This document shows positions 8,836 to 18,511 of a DNA stretch of 47,806 bases, piece after piece. This DNA is from Mycobacteroides phage 8UZL, in the sequence record OQ988004.1. One strand, written 5' to 3'. Numbering within the stretch: the first letter of the stretch is position 1; each line of letters begins with the position of its first letter. The translations under genes and the position numbers were made by a program. The notes beneath the pieces were generated by a model. That model did not search any database and was not told the DNA's origin. It worked only from the letters and a program-made list of their open reading frames with translations.

Positions 8836-10347
8836 GTGAACCTCACGTCCAAACTGGAGAATTGGATCCCCTTGACCAAGTACAAATACCGGACTAAGCC
8901 GTACGTCCATCAAGTTCACGCTCTCAAGAAAGTCCTCTCCTCTGGTTGGGGAGGGGCTCTCTTGATGGAGCCTCGGACAGGTAAGACCAAGGTCGCTATC
9001 GACTACCTGTCTGTGCTTGCCACCGCCGGCAAGATCGACCGGGCAGTCATCATCGCGCCTGCTCGGATTCTCGATGTCTGGGTGGAACAGTTTCACGAGC
9101 ATTGCCCGCTGAGGTATCACACCATCATCTGGGACAAGCAGGCCCGTAAGAGCGCTTTACCGCCTGTCCAGAAGGTTCACCAGCTGACCGTCCTGTTGGT
9201 CAACTACGAGGCCTTTGGGACGCCAGGAAAGAAGCTTGCATCGGGACGACGCTCGAAGACAACCGGACGCTTCGCCAATCGTACGGCCATCATCAAATGG
9301 CTCGACGGGAAGCCTGCTGCCGGCGTGCTCGATGAGTCGCACAAGATCAAGTCACCGTCCGGGCGGGCGTCCAGCATGGTTGTGTCCATGCGTCCGCTGT
9401 TCGACTATCGCTTGATCCTGACAGGTACGCCAGTCACCAAGGCAAAGCGGGTCTTCGATGTCTATATGCAGTGGAAGTTCCTCAATCCCGAACGATTCGA
9501 GGAATGGCCGACAGTCGATGAGTTCAAGAACCACTTTGGCAGATGGACTCATCGGAATGGCTTCCCTCAATTCCTGAGGGCCAAGAATACCACACAGCTC
9601 AAGGAGTTGATGGATCAGGACGCCTTCATAGTCAAGCGCAGCGAGTGCTTCGACCTCCCGCCGGAAATGCCGCCGGTTATCAGACATATCGACCTGGAAC
9701 AGGAGACAGCTCATGTCTACGACAAGCTCGCTGAGGAGATGGTGGTCGAGCTGGAAAGGGGAGATGTCAAGCATCTACTCGAAGCATCAATACCGCTTGT
9801 ACTTACTCTCCGCCTTACACAAATTACAGGTGGGTTCACCAAGTCAGCAGAAGGAGAGCAGGTTGAGCTGGGCGGTGAGAAACTTGCCATCCTCGACGAG
9901 ATCTTTGATGAAGCCCTGGACAACGAAGATAAGCTTGTGGTCTGTGCTCGATTCCGCCCCGAGCTGGATGCGATTGAAGCTATGGCTACTCGGAAGGGGC
10001 TTCCTCATTTCTCGGTTCGTGGCGGACTTACTCGTCAGGAGTCTGCTCAGAACGTACGAGACTTCCGAGACGCTGAAGGCGCCGCAGTGGCTATCATCAA
10101 TCCGCAAGCAGGTGGAGAAGGAATTGACCTGAGCACTGCATCTCACATGGTCTGGTATTCCTTACCAGTCTCGTGGGTAAACTTCAAGCAGGCCAAGGAT
10201 CGAATTGCCCTCTCCAAGAAGTCGATCACCTACACATATCTCCTGGCCCGGCACACTGTAGACGAGTTCCTCTTCGATACACTTGCCCATGACGGTAACG
10301 TCGCTGAGGCTATTATGAAGAATCCGAGAAAGGTATTGCGGAAGTAG
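8836..10347 (+). CDS. SNF2/DEAD-like superfamily 2 helicase
   Basis: Walker A LMEPRTGKTKVAIDYL, DExH-like LDESHKIK, and a C-terminal helicase domain. Start codon uncertain (GTG). Confidence 0.8.
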   Translation: MNLTSKLENWIPLTKYKYRTKPYVHQVHALKKVLSSGWGGALLMEPRTGKTKVAIDYLSVLATAGKIDRAVIIAPARILDVWVEQFHEHCPLRYHTIIWDKQARKSALPPVQKVHQLTVLLVNYEAFGTPGKKLASGRRSKTTGRFANRTAIIKWLDGKPAAGVLDESHKIKSPSGRASSMVVSMRPLFDYRLILTGTPVTKAKRVFDVYMQWKFLNPERFEEWPTVDEFKNHFGRWTHRNGFPQFLRAKNTTQLKELMDQDAFIVKRSECFDLPPEMPPVIRHIDLEQETAHVYDKLAEEMVVELERGDVKHLLEASIPLVLTLRLTQITGGFTKSAEGEQVELGGEKLAILDEIFDEALDNEDKLVVCARFRPELDAIEAMATRKGLPHFSVRGGLTRQESAQNVRDFRDAEGAAVAIINPQAGGEGIDLSTASHMVWYSLPVSWVNFKQAKDRIALSKKSITYTYLLARHTVDEFLFDTLAHDGNVAEAIMKNPRKVLRK

Positions 10348-10896
10348 ATGTCAATCATCGTAGAAGGTCCCGACGGCGCCGGCAAAACGACGCTGATCCA
10401 GGAGCTGCAGTACCTCTTCCCAGGACTCGAGGTGCATCCTCGATTCTGTACCTCGACGGGAGGACCAATCGCCAACCTGTCAGAGGCAGTCTTCAAAGAC
10501 GTCCAGGCACGTCCTACGCACTTCATTTACGACCGCCACCCGGTTGTGTCGGAGTACGTGTATCGGACGTGCGTACCGCCCGCTGAGGGCCCATCAGGAG
10601 CCTTCCTGAGTGACTCGATGATGCGTATCCGGCAACGCATCGCTCGACACTCTCTGATGATCTGGTGCTTGCCATCACTCACCGCGGTGATGACGAACAT
10701 CATGGACGACGACCAGATGCCGGGGGTAAGGGAGAATATCACCAAGATCTACAACCTGTACCAACAGCATCGCGTATTCTGGCCTGGGCGCTCGGTAGTG
10801 TTCAACTACCAGCAGCACGACGCTTCGTGGGAAGGCCTTCGCTACGCTCTCACGGACTCACACGGAAAACTATGGAAGGAATCGGCAGCAGCATGA
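10348..10896 (+). CDS. thymidylate kinase-like (d)NMP kinase
   Basis: P-loop IIVEGPDGAGKTTL matches the Tmk ExxDGxGKST signature. Start directly follows the helicase stop. Confidence 0.7.
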   Translation: MSIIVEGPDGAGKTTLIQELQYLFPGLEVHPRFCTSTGGPIANLSEAVFKDVQARPTHFIYDRHPVVSEYVYRTCVPPAEGPSGAFLSDSMMRIRQRIARHSLMIWCLPSLTAVMTNIMDDDQMPGVRENITKIYNLYQQHRVFWPGRSVVFNYQQHDASWEGLRYALTDSHGKLWKESAAA

Positions 10897-11351
10897 CGAC
10901 GGTGGAATCCCAAATTCCCTGGACCCCATCAGATGACGAGTTCGACGGCTTGTGGGATTCCACACAGCCGGACAACGTCCCAGATATCCTGAGCACGATG
11001 TTTGCTCAGCAGCTCAAGCATATGCAGGCCTACGCCCAGATCAATGAGGACGCTCAGCTGCCGCCAGAAAAATGGGGCGACCTCGATTCTCGGCGGACGC
11101 AGGCCTCGCTGCGAGAGTTCGCCTCGTACACCGTGGAGGAACTGTACGAAGCAATCAATAACCTGAAGAACAAGCCCTGGAAGCAGACCATGCGGGAGAC
11201 CGACCGGGACAAGTTCTTCGAGGAACTCGCTGATGCCTGGCACTTCTTCATCGAGTTCCATATTCTCGCCGGCATCAATCCGACCGACGTGTTCAAGCAC
11301 TACTTCAGGAAGTCGCTCGTCAACGAACAGCGGCAGATCAACGGGTACTGA
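10893..11351 (+). CDS. MazG-like nucleoside triphosphate pyrophosphohydrolase
   Basis: All-alpha NTP-PPase motifs TVEELYEAI ... FFEELADAWHFFIEF (EExxE ... EELxD). Start ATG overlaps the kinase stop (ATGA). Confidence 0.7.
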   Translation: MTTVESQIPWTPSDDEFDGLWDSTQPDNVPDILSTMFAQQLKHMQAYAQINEDAQLPPEKWGDLDSRRTQASLREFASYTVEELYEAINNLKNKPWKQTMRETDRDKFFEELADAWHFFIEFHILAGINPTDVFKHYFRKSLVNEQRQINGY

Positions 11352-12244
11352 TGCACCACTACACGCGGGGAACGATGACGGAGCTTCACGAGGAGCTCTG
11401 TGCAGATATGCTGTACAGCCATGCCAAGGAGTATGACTGGATCAGCGGTACCGATGTCATCAAGACCAACGTGTTCGCTGAGGCCGAGACCATGGAGTGG
11501 GAGTGCGATCTCTCCCGCTTCTGGCTCGCCGGCACGCGATGGACGAAGATGATTAACCAGTACCTCGACCCTGACGCTGTACGGGAATGGCTCGACCTCA
11601 TCGAGGGCCGCACCAGCAAGAAGAACGCCAACCGGATGATCTTGCGCACCAACACCGTCCAGCCTCGACGAGGAGGACGAGTGACAACGCGAGCACTCGG
11701 CAGTTGCATGCTGTCCCTGTCGTTTGCCCTCGAGCCACACCCGCAGATCCTGCTGCACTCGAGGACGGGCTACATGGGCTATCTCAGCGTGCTCGACTGG
11801 TCAGTCGCGTATCACGTCGGTCGGCTCGCTGCGGAGCGTCTGGGCCTGGATATCGCTGCCTTCCGCTTCGTGTGGTTCGCTGAGTCGATCCAGTACCATT
11901 GCTTCCGCACAATTGCCTACCCCCTTGGTCTGGAAAGTGAGCGTAAGCTATTCACCTCGCGATGCCGCGAGCTTGTGAAGGAGGGTAAGCTCGAGGACTA
12001 TCCTGCCCTGCATAGAAACTGGAAGCAGTACACGAAGTGGCTGCAGGCGGACAAGGAAGGCCTGACATATGATGAGCTTTCTACTTACCGTTCGTCTCAA
12101 CGTCCGCGGAAGAGATTCCATAGTCAAGTACGAGGTATTGACTACGCGAGTCAGTTTACAGACCCTGGCGACAAACCATTCTCTGTACTTCCCTCCGTTG
12201 ACGTCAAATCCCTTACACTTGATAAACTGGGTCTGGAGGCTTAA
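11351..12244 (+). CDS. thymidylate synthase (ThyA)-fold protein, highly divergent paralog 1
   Basis: Segments align to the ThyA core by hand: NANRMILRTNTV vs DSRRIIVSAWNV, ALGSCM vs ALAPCH (Cys retained), GLDIAAF vs DLEVGDF. Confidence 0.55.
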   Translation: MHHYTRGTMTELHEELCADMLYSHAKEYDWISGTDVIKTNVFAEAETMEWECDLSRFWLAGTRWTKMINQYLDPDAVREWLDLIEGRTSKKNANRMILRTNTVQPRRGGRVTTRALGSCMLSLSFALEPHPQILLHSRTGYMGYLSVLDWSVAYHVGRLAAERLGLDIAAFRFVWFAESIQYHCFRTIAYPLGLESERKLFTSRCRELVKEGKLEDYPALHRNWKQYTKWLQADKEGLTYDELSTYRSSQRPRKRFHSQVRGIDYASQFTDPGDKPFSVLPSVDVKSLTLDKLGLEA

Positions 12245-12246
12245 TC

Positions 12247-13020
12247 GTGCTTCATCTGGTCAATCCCACTCGCGACGTTCTGGCCGAGCAATTGCTATCA
12301 CGGAGTATCACGTGCAGAGAGTCCTGGCAGAGCACGTCCGCCCCCTCTCCTGTCCGCGAGATCCCGAACGTGATTCTGGAACTACCCGATATCTCGAGTT
12401 CAGTACAGCACCTGATAGACCTGACTCAGCCCGACCTTCCATGGGCCGAGGAACACTTCCTCGAGCGGGTGTCGGGTATTCCGCACAATCCTCCCCCCTC
12501 CTATGCACGATGGCCGTGGCACAGCCAGAAATCCAGAGATACTTTCTTAACGAGTGGAGGGAATCAGAGATTTGACCATACCTATCCCGAACGGTTTTGG
12601 CCGCAAGAAGGCTGGTGGGCAGGACAAGACCAGAGCGGCTGGGGAGATCTACGAGACGTGGTGGAACTCCTACGAAAAGATCCATGGACCCGCCAAGCAT
12701 ACCTTCCTGTCTGGTTTCCGGAAGACACTGGCACGACTCTTGGGCAGAGAGTCCCGTGCACCCTCGGATACCACTTCATTCGCAACGGACTCAAGCTGGA
12801 TTGTAATTACTTCCTACGTAGTTGCGACTTCACCCGTCATCTGCACAACGACCTATATCTTGCCGGTCGCTTGCTCCAGTGGATGGTGGACCAGACTCGA
12901 AAGGAGGATTTTCCCTTTACCGGGTCACTCACGGTATTCATTTCTAACCTTCACCTATTCACCGCGGACGAATGGCGTTTTGGTGGGGGAGGACCTCATA
13001 ACGATGGAGGAGCTCGATGA
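12247..13020 (+). CDS. thymidylate synthase / dNMP hydroxymethylase-family protein, paralog 2
   Basis: Clear ThyA signature blocks: LRKDPWTRQAYLPVWFP, RVPCTLGYHF (catalytic Cys), LDCNYFLRSCDF, ISNLHLF. Confidence 0.7.
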   Translation: MLHLVNPTRDVLAEQLLSRSITCRESWQSTSAPSPVREIPNVILELPDISSSVQHLIDLTQPDLPWAEEHFLERVSGIPHNPPPSYARWPWHSQKSRDTFLTSGGNQRFDHTYPERFWPQEGWWAGQDQSGWGDLRDVVELLRKDPWTRQAYLPVWFPEDTGTTLGQRVPCTLGYHFIRNGLKLDCNYFLRSCDFTRHLHNDLYLAGRLLQWMVDQTRKEDFPFTGSLTVFISNLHLFTADEWRFGGGGPHNDGGAR

Positions 13021-13559
13021 CCGAACGTCCCACACGCCATGACATGCTGCTGAGCATGGCGTTCCTCGTAGCGCAACGAGCGACCTGTACGCGGCTCAGT
13101 GTGGGCGCTGTGGCGTCCATAGACGGCCGTATCTTGTCGACCGGGTACAACGGCGCGCCAATCGGTATGCAGCACTGCACGCATCCTCCTGGGGAGCCCT
13201 GCACGCGCTCGGTACATGCCGAGGCGAACGCCGTTGCCTTCGCGGCCCGTCACGGGGTCTCGCTGCTGAACTCTGACTTCTACTGCACTGACTCTCCCTG
13301 CTACACCTGCGCCTGCCTTCTGGTGAACGTGGGGATCAAGTCGCTGTTCTTCAATCGGGAATACCGAGACCCCGCCGGGGTCCGGCTACTCAATGATGTC
13401 GGCATTAATGTGTATCGTCTGCACAATGATGAGACGCCGGCAGACAACTACTGGAGCGCTCTAGCCGATGAAAATAGTGGTTCTTACCAAGTTCGTTCTC
13501 CGCGGTTCTTTACGGGAAGAAATGATCCGCCGCGTGAAGAGCCAGGGCTTCCGGGATGA
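13017..13559 (+). CDS. dCMP deaminase
   Basis: Zn-binding HAEANA and PCYTCA (PCxxC) motifs of the cytidine/deoxycytidylate deaminase family. Confidence 0.85.
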   Translation: MTERPTRHDMLLSMAFLVAQRATCTRLSVGAVASIDGRILSTGYNGAPIGMQHCTHPPGEPCTRSVHAEANAVAFAARHGVSLLNSDFYCTDSPCYTCACLLVNVGIKSLFFNREYRDPAGVRLLNDVGINVYRLHNDETPADNYWSALADENSGSYQVRSPRFFTGRNDPPREEPGLPG

Positions 13560-15879
13560 CGATCTGATCTTCATGGGCTGCGCGCCGTCGCAATACGACG
13601 GTGAGTTCTCTAAGGCAGACCTGAAAGAGTTGCGTGCCACTTTCCAGGAGAATGTCCTACAGCACCATGCAGACGCCATTCTCGCCCTTGGTAATGAGGC
13701 TCTCTTCATCACCACAGGACACAGCGGCATTATGAAGTGGCGCGGTCGAGCACAGGACCAGGTGATCCCGCTTCATCCTGACCTCCTCGTCATGCCGACC
13801 ATTGCCCTTGGTGCTATCGACCGCAACCCGTCACAGATTCAACTGCTGTACGCTGACATTCGAGCGCTCCACACCGAGCTATACGGCAGTGAAGACAAGC
13901 AGGTCAAGCCGAGCAAGGTCCACATCATCAAGGACGAGAAATCGCTCGAGCAGTTCGGTGTGGCAACGAAGACAGCGAAGGCGGTTGCATATGATCTGGA
14001 AACTTCTGGATTTAATGAGCTCGAGGATGGCGCGTTCATCGTCTCTGCAGCATTCTCTCTCCTCGATGAGGATGGCACGATGTCCTGCTGGGCTCTTCCA
14101 CTCTCCCATCCCCGGTCTCCATGTCGATCCAATTGGGACAGCATTCTTCGCCGTGCTACCGACGCTTGTAAGCGGGTACCTGTGCGGGTTGCTCACAATG
14201 CAAAGTTTGATTGTCGCTGGCTGGTTCAGTTTGGAGCACCTCTACCTTGCAACTTTGATACTATGCTGGCAGCTCATATCCTTGACGAGAACCGATTTAA
14301 GGGTCTTAAACCCCTATCACAGATGCTGCTGAACGCGCCGGCATGGGACATTGACATCAAGGGCGGCAAGAATGCTGAGCCCTGGTACATGCAGCATACT
14401 CTCCGGGAGATTCTTCAGTACAATGCACTGGACACCTGGCATACTCTTCGGCTATATCGTCTATTCAGTTCTGAGCTTCGCTCTGATCCTCGGCTGGAAC
14501 GACTCTTTGAAAAGCTCATCATGCCGGCTTCTCAGAGTCTCGTACACATTGAGCGAAGAGGCGTTTATGTGCATCGAGAGAAACTTGATGAAGGTGCTAA
14601 GCTGGTCGAGGAAAAGCTCCAGGAGATTCACGATGGCCTTATGGAGTATGTGCCGGAAGGGGTGACCGATGTCAACTTCAACCCTTCCAACTTCCTTCGC
14701 TGGTTCCTCTACGATCACCTCGATCTACCTGTGCTCAAGGAAGGCAAAACAGGTCCCAGCGTCGCTGAGACGGTCCTCACTCAACTCGCCGCGACAAATC
14801 CACACCCCGCTGTCGATCTACTGGTCGAGCGGGTCAAGTGGCAGAAGTTCCAGTCGTCCTTCTTCAACCCTTACCGGGAGCTGATTACCGATGATTCCCG
14901 TCTCCATACGACGTTCAAGCTGGCCGGGACAGTTACGGGTCGATTGTCTTCTGGGAAGGCAGACTCAGATAAAGTTACTGGTTCTAAAGCGTCATCTGTG
15001 CGAGGTATCAATCTACAACAGGTTCCTCGGGATCCACTTGTACGCAGCATATTCGGTGCTCCCCCGGGTTGGTCTTTTGTGGAGGCTGACTACTCGCAGA
15101 TCGAGTTACGGGTGGCAGCTGAGATCTCGGGCGAACCGACCCTCAAACAGCTCTACATAAACGGGGAAGACGTTCACATGGCTATGGCCATGAGGATGAC
15201 CGGGAAGCCTGCTTCTCAGGTGACCAAGGAAGAGCGCAAGAAAGCGAAGGCAGTGAACTTCGGATTCTTGTATGGGATGGGATGGAAGAAGTTCATTGAA
15301 ACTGCCTGGAATAATTACGGACTACGTGTCTCTCCTGAGGAAGCTCAAGCTGCTCGAGGAGCCTTCTTCGGACAGTTCCCCGAACTGCTCAAGTGGCATG
15401 CACGACAGCGACGACTCGCCCACCGGAACTCCCGAGTGCAATCCCCCTTGGGTCGCATCCGCCACCTGCCGGATATCAAATCTCCCGAGTCCGGTGTCGT
15501 CGCTGAAGCTGAACGTCAATCTATTAATTCCCCGGTCCAGGCGTTCGCGAGCGATCTGTGCCTTCTCAGTCTCGTCCTCCTCGACCGACGCTTCCGTCGA
15601 GATAAGCTCGCAGCCAGTCCTATTGGGACTGTCCACGACGCAATCAACTTCGAAGTCCGGAACGATCACCTCCCGATGGTCTTACCAACCATCAAACGAG
15701 TTATGGAGAATCCGCCACTCGGTCCACTCTTCGACTTCGTTCCCGGAATACCCATCGTTGCTGACATCAAGGTGGGTGACTCCTGGGGTGGAGCTGATGA
15801 GATTCCTGGACACCTGGTACACGAACCGGACGCGCTCGAAGCTTGGCTTAACGAGAGAGGACTCCTAGATGCCGCTTGA
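13468..15879 (+). CDS. DNA polymerase I (family A) with 3-5 exonuclease and an N-terminal UDG family-4-like domain
   Basis: Exo motifs YDLETSG and HNAKFD. Pol motifs RRLAHRNSRVQSPLGRI, KAVNFGFLYG and TVHDAINFEV. The N-terminal ~110 aa resemble family-4 UDG (FMGCAPS ... LALGNEAL ... HPD). The start may be 13522 instead, because 13468 overlaps the deaminase gene by 92 nt. Confidence 0.9.
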   Translation: MKIVVLTKFVLRGSLREEMIRRVKSQGFRDDDLIFMGCAPSQYDGEFSKADLKELRATFQENVLQHHADAILALGNEALFITTGHSGIMKWRGRAQDQVIPLHPDLLVMPTIALGAIDRNPSQIQLLYADIRALHTELYGSEDKQVKPSKVHIIKDEKSLEQFGVATKTAKAVAYDLETSGFNELEDGAFIVSAAFSLLDEDGTMSCWALPLSHPRSPCRSNWDSILRRATDACKRVPVRVAHNAKFDCRWLVQFGAPLPCNFDTMLAAHILDENRFKGLKPLSQMLLNAPAWDIDIKGGKNAEPWYMQHTLREILQYNALDTWHTLRLYRLFSSELRSDPRLERLFEKLIMPASQSLVHIERRGVYVHREKLDEGAKLVEEKLQEIHDGLMEYVPEGVTDVNFNPSNFLRWFLYDHLDLPVLKEGKTGPSVAETVLTQLAATNPHPAVDLLVERVKWQKFQSSFFNPYRELITDDSRLHTTFKLAGTVTGRLSSGKADSDKVTGSKASSVRGINLQQVPRDPLVRSIFGAPPGWSFVEADYSQIELRVAAEISGEPTLKQLYINGEDVHMAMAMRMTGKPASQVTKEERKKAKAVNFGFLYGMGWKKFIETAWNNYGLRVSPEEAQAARGAFFGQFPELLKWHARQRRLAHRNSRVQSPLGRIRHLPDIKSPESGVVAEAERQSINSPVQAFASDLCLLSLVLLDRRFRRDKLAASPIGTVHDAINFEVRNDHLPMVLPTIKRVMENPPLGPLFDFVPGIPIVADIKVGDSWGGADEIPGHLVHEPDALEAWLNERGLLDAA

Positions 15880-16885
15880 CACCGATAACCTGATCATTAC
15901 CAACAGCCTCCTGAAGTCATTCCGGAGCTGTCCTCGAAAAGCACTCTACAAGTACATCGAGTTGGTGACACCGAGGCAGAAGTACTCACAGCCTCTTGAG
16001 CGTGGGTCCTGGTTCCATGAACTGCTCGAGGCCCGGTACAAGGGTGAAGACGTGAAAGCGGTCCACACCGCGCTGTGCGAGAAGTATCACGACCTGACAG
16101 ACGAGGAGAAGGACACGCTCGGTGACCTGCCTCGTGAGATGCCTCGCCTGTACAACTCCTACAACTGGTACTATCGCGGCGACAAGTCGTGGGAAGTGCA
16201 CGAAGTAGAAATGAAGGTCGAAGCTGAACTGCCGAATGGCCTTCAATACCAAGGCAAGATCGACATGCTCATCGAGGACGAGTACGGACTCTGGGCCGTC
16301 GACCACAAGACCCACAAGCGACTGCCCTCGCTCGACTATCGCTACCGAGACACTCAGTCAGTCCTCTACATCTGGGCACTACGCGAGTGCGGTATCCCGG
16401 TCAAAGGCTTCATTTGGAACTACGTCGTCCCGACTGCCCCCGAGCCCTTGAAGATCAAGGTTCGCGGCGGGCTGTATGCGCGTCAGCCGATCACCGACTA
16501 CCCGACCGCACTCAAAGGACTGAAAGCTGAGGGACTTGAGAATGAGCCCGAGTACGCGGAAATCCTCAAGCAGCTGAAGACGATTCGGTACGAGTACGGG
16601 GCTACCCAGAACAGCCCTGTGTTTCGCCGTGACGTGCTCGAAAAGCACGACGACATGATTGCTCGCACACTCGCAGAAGCGACGTACACCGCCGACAGGT
16701 TCGTTGACTACGCTTGGGAGAATAAGAACGCAGTCGAGAGGCTGAATGATCGGTCTTGTGACTGGTGTGAGTACAAGTACTTGTGCATTGCCGAGCTCGT
16801 CGGAGTCAATTCCGATAACGTACGACGACAGATGTACAAGAAAGCAAATCCCTTGGCCTACTACGAGGAGAAGGACCGGAAGTGA
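15869..16885 (+). CDS. Cas4/RecB-family PD-(D/E)XK exonuclease
   Basis: Motif DMLIEDEYGLWAVDHKTHK (D..E.K). C-terminal Cys cluster CDWCEYKYLC, as in Cas4-type Fe-S nucleases. Confidence 0.75.
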   Translation: MPLDTDNLIITNSLLKSFRSCPRKALYKYIELVTPRQKYSQPLERGSWFHELLEARYKGEDVKAVHTALCEKYHDLTDEEKDTLGDLPREMPRLYNSYNWYYRGDKSWEVHEVEMKVEAELPNGLQYQGKIDMLIEDEYGLWAVDHKTHKRLPSLDYRYRDTQSVLYIWALRECGIPVKGFIWNYVVPTAPEPLKIKVRGGLYARQPITDYPTALKGLKAEGLENEPEYAEILKQLKTIRYEYGATQNSPVFRRDVLEKHDDMIARTLAEATYTADRFVDYAWENKNAVERLNDRSCDWCEYKYLCIAELVGVNSDNVRRQMYKKANPLAYYEEKDRK

Positions 16886-17727
16886 CCCGACCCATTCGCC
16901 GCAACGTGCGAGCACAGACGACACCGGGGAAGGATTACGCCGCGATTGCGGCCAGTAAGATCACGTCCCCGTCCAAGCTTGCCGAGAAGAACGGTCAGAT
17001 GAGACCCCCTCGGATCCTCGTCTATGCCCGCAACAAGAAGGGCAAGACACGCTTCACGATGTCTGCCGGCAAGGGCAAGATCCTGATCGTTGACCCAGAA
17101 CGCGGAACTGATCGCTTCATCAAGGCCGATCCTGCTGTGTGGCATTTTGAGGCCTGGGAAGAGATGGAGGATATCTACCAGTTCCTTCGCTCGGGCAAAC
17201 ACAACTACGAGTGGGTGGCGCTTGACGGTCTCACCAAGATCTCAACCATGGCGCTGCGATACATCACTCGGAATGCCGAAGAAGCCGACCTCACGCGCCG
17301 CCCAGGGCTCGTTAAGCTGCAGGACCGAGGCAACGCCGGCGAGCTGGTCAAGACGATGCTCGACAAATTCCACACGCTGGACATGGGCATCATCTACACC
17401 GCGCAGGAGCGGCAGGTAGAAGCGAACTTCGATGACGAAGAAGACGAGGAGTTCGAGGGCGGGTCCATCCAGTATGTCCCAGACTTGCCCAAGGGCATCC
17501 GTGCGGCCGTCAACGGTATTGTGGACGTTGTAGGCCGTCTGTACACCGTGAAAGTACCCGGAGAGGAAGGAACCGATGTAGTCCGACGCCGCCTGTGGCT
17601 GGCCCCATCCGTGTCCTATGACACCGGCGCCCGATCAGAATACAAACTCCCCGATTACCTGGAGAGCCCAACCGTTCCCCGACTGGTGGGACTAATGGAA
17701 GGAAAGAAAGTAAGTGGCAACAAGTAA
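16882..17727 (+). CDS. RecA-fold ATPase (Sak4/AAA_24-like recombination protein)
   Basis: Walker A-like ILVYARNKKGKTRF, Walker B WVALDGL, acidic internal stretch. It lies between a nuclease and an SSB-like gene. Confidence 0.55.
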   Translation: MTRPIRRNVRAQTTPGKDYAAIAASKITSPSKLAEKNGQMRPPRILVYARNKKGKTRFTMSAGKGKILIVDPERGTDRFIKADPAVWHFEAWEEMEDIYQFLRSGKHNYEWVALDGLTKISTMALRYITRNAEEADLTRRPGLVKLQDRGNAGELVKTMLDKFHTLDMGIIYTAQERQVEANFDDEEDEEFEGGSIQYVPDLPKGIRAAVNGIVDVVGRLYTVKVPGEEGTDVVRRRLWLAPSVSYDTGARSEYKLPDYLESPTVPRLVGLMEGKKVSGNK

Positions 17728-18361
17728 GGCAAAAGCCGAGATCATCGACTTCTCCAACGTCAAGGAGCGCGGGAACTACCAGCCCAAGCACGTGGCGGCC
17801 GGCGATTACCGGGGGAAGATCACCAAGGTGGTGGACGATCCGGCCAAGGACGGCACGAAGATGTGGACGTTCACCATCGAGTCCCCGGAGATTCCTCGTG
17901 CAACCTACCCGTACTACTGCAAGCTCGCCGAGAACCAGTTCTTCAAGTTGAAGTCCTTGTTCGAGGCTGCCGGCACGTCGGTGGGCAAGCGCAAGGTGAA
18001 GGTCGACCCCAACCGTCTGATCGGCAAGGAGATCGGCTTCGCGCTCGAAGACGACGAGTACGAGGGTCGGATGAAGTCCGTCATCGTTGAGGTGTTCCCG
18101 GCCAGCGAGGTCGGCGATGCGCCGGAGGACGACGAGGAAGAGGACGAGGACCTCGAGCCCGACGCGGACGACGAGGAAGAGGAAGAAGCCGAGGAGGAGC
18201 CGGAGGAAGACGCCGAGGAGGAAGAGGAAGAAGAGCCCGAGCCCCCGAAGCGTCGGAAGGCGCCGGCGAAGAAGGCTCCTACCAAGCGTGCTGCCAAGAA
18301 GGCGGCTGTCGAGGACGAGGAAGAAGAGAACCTCGAAGACCTCGACATTGACGAGCTGTAA
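17714..18361 (+). CDS. putative ssDNA-binding protein with a long acidic tail
   Basis: GTG start. ~130-aa globular N-domain, then a poly-Asp/Glu tract, a KAPAKKAPTKRAAKK stretch, and a terminal EDLDIDEL. Confidence 0.4.
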   Translation: MATSKAKAEIIDFSNVKERGNYQPKHVAAGDYRGKITKVVDDPAKDGTKMWTFTIESPEIPRATYPYYCKLAENQFFKLKSLFEAAGTSVGKRKVKVDPNRLIGKEIGFALEDDEYEGRMKSVIVEVFPASEVGDAPEDDEEEDEDLEPDADDEEEEEAEEEPEEDAEEEEEEEPEPPKRRKAPAKKAPTKRAAKKAAVEDEEEENLEDLDIDEL

Positions 18362-18511
18362 GGAGTAGTCACACGATGAATGGGAACCAGTCGAGGTACT
18401 TCTCCAACGCGGAGGGCTTCGGCTATCGGCTGGATTCCGGGGAGGTGGGAGCTTCCGGGCTCCCCACTCTTCGGGCTGCAATGGATCACTTCGAGAAGGG
18501 ATTGTTCGATC

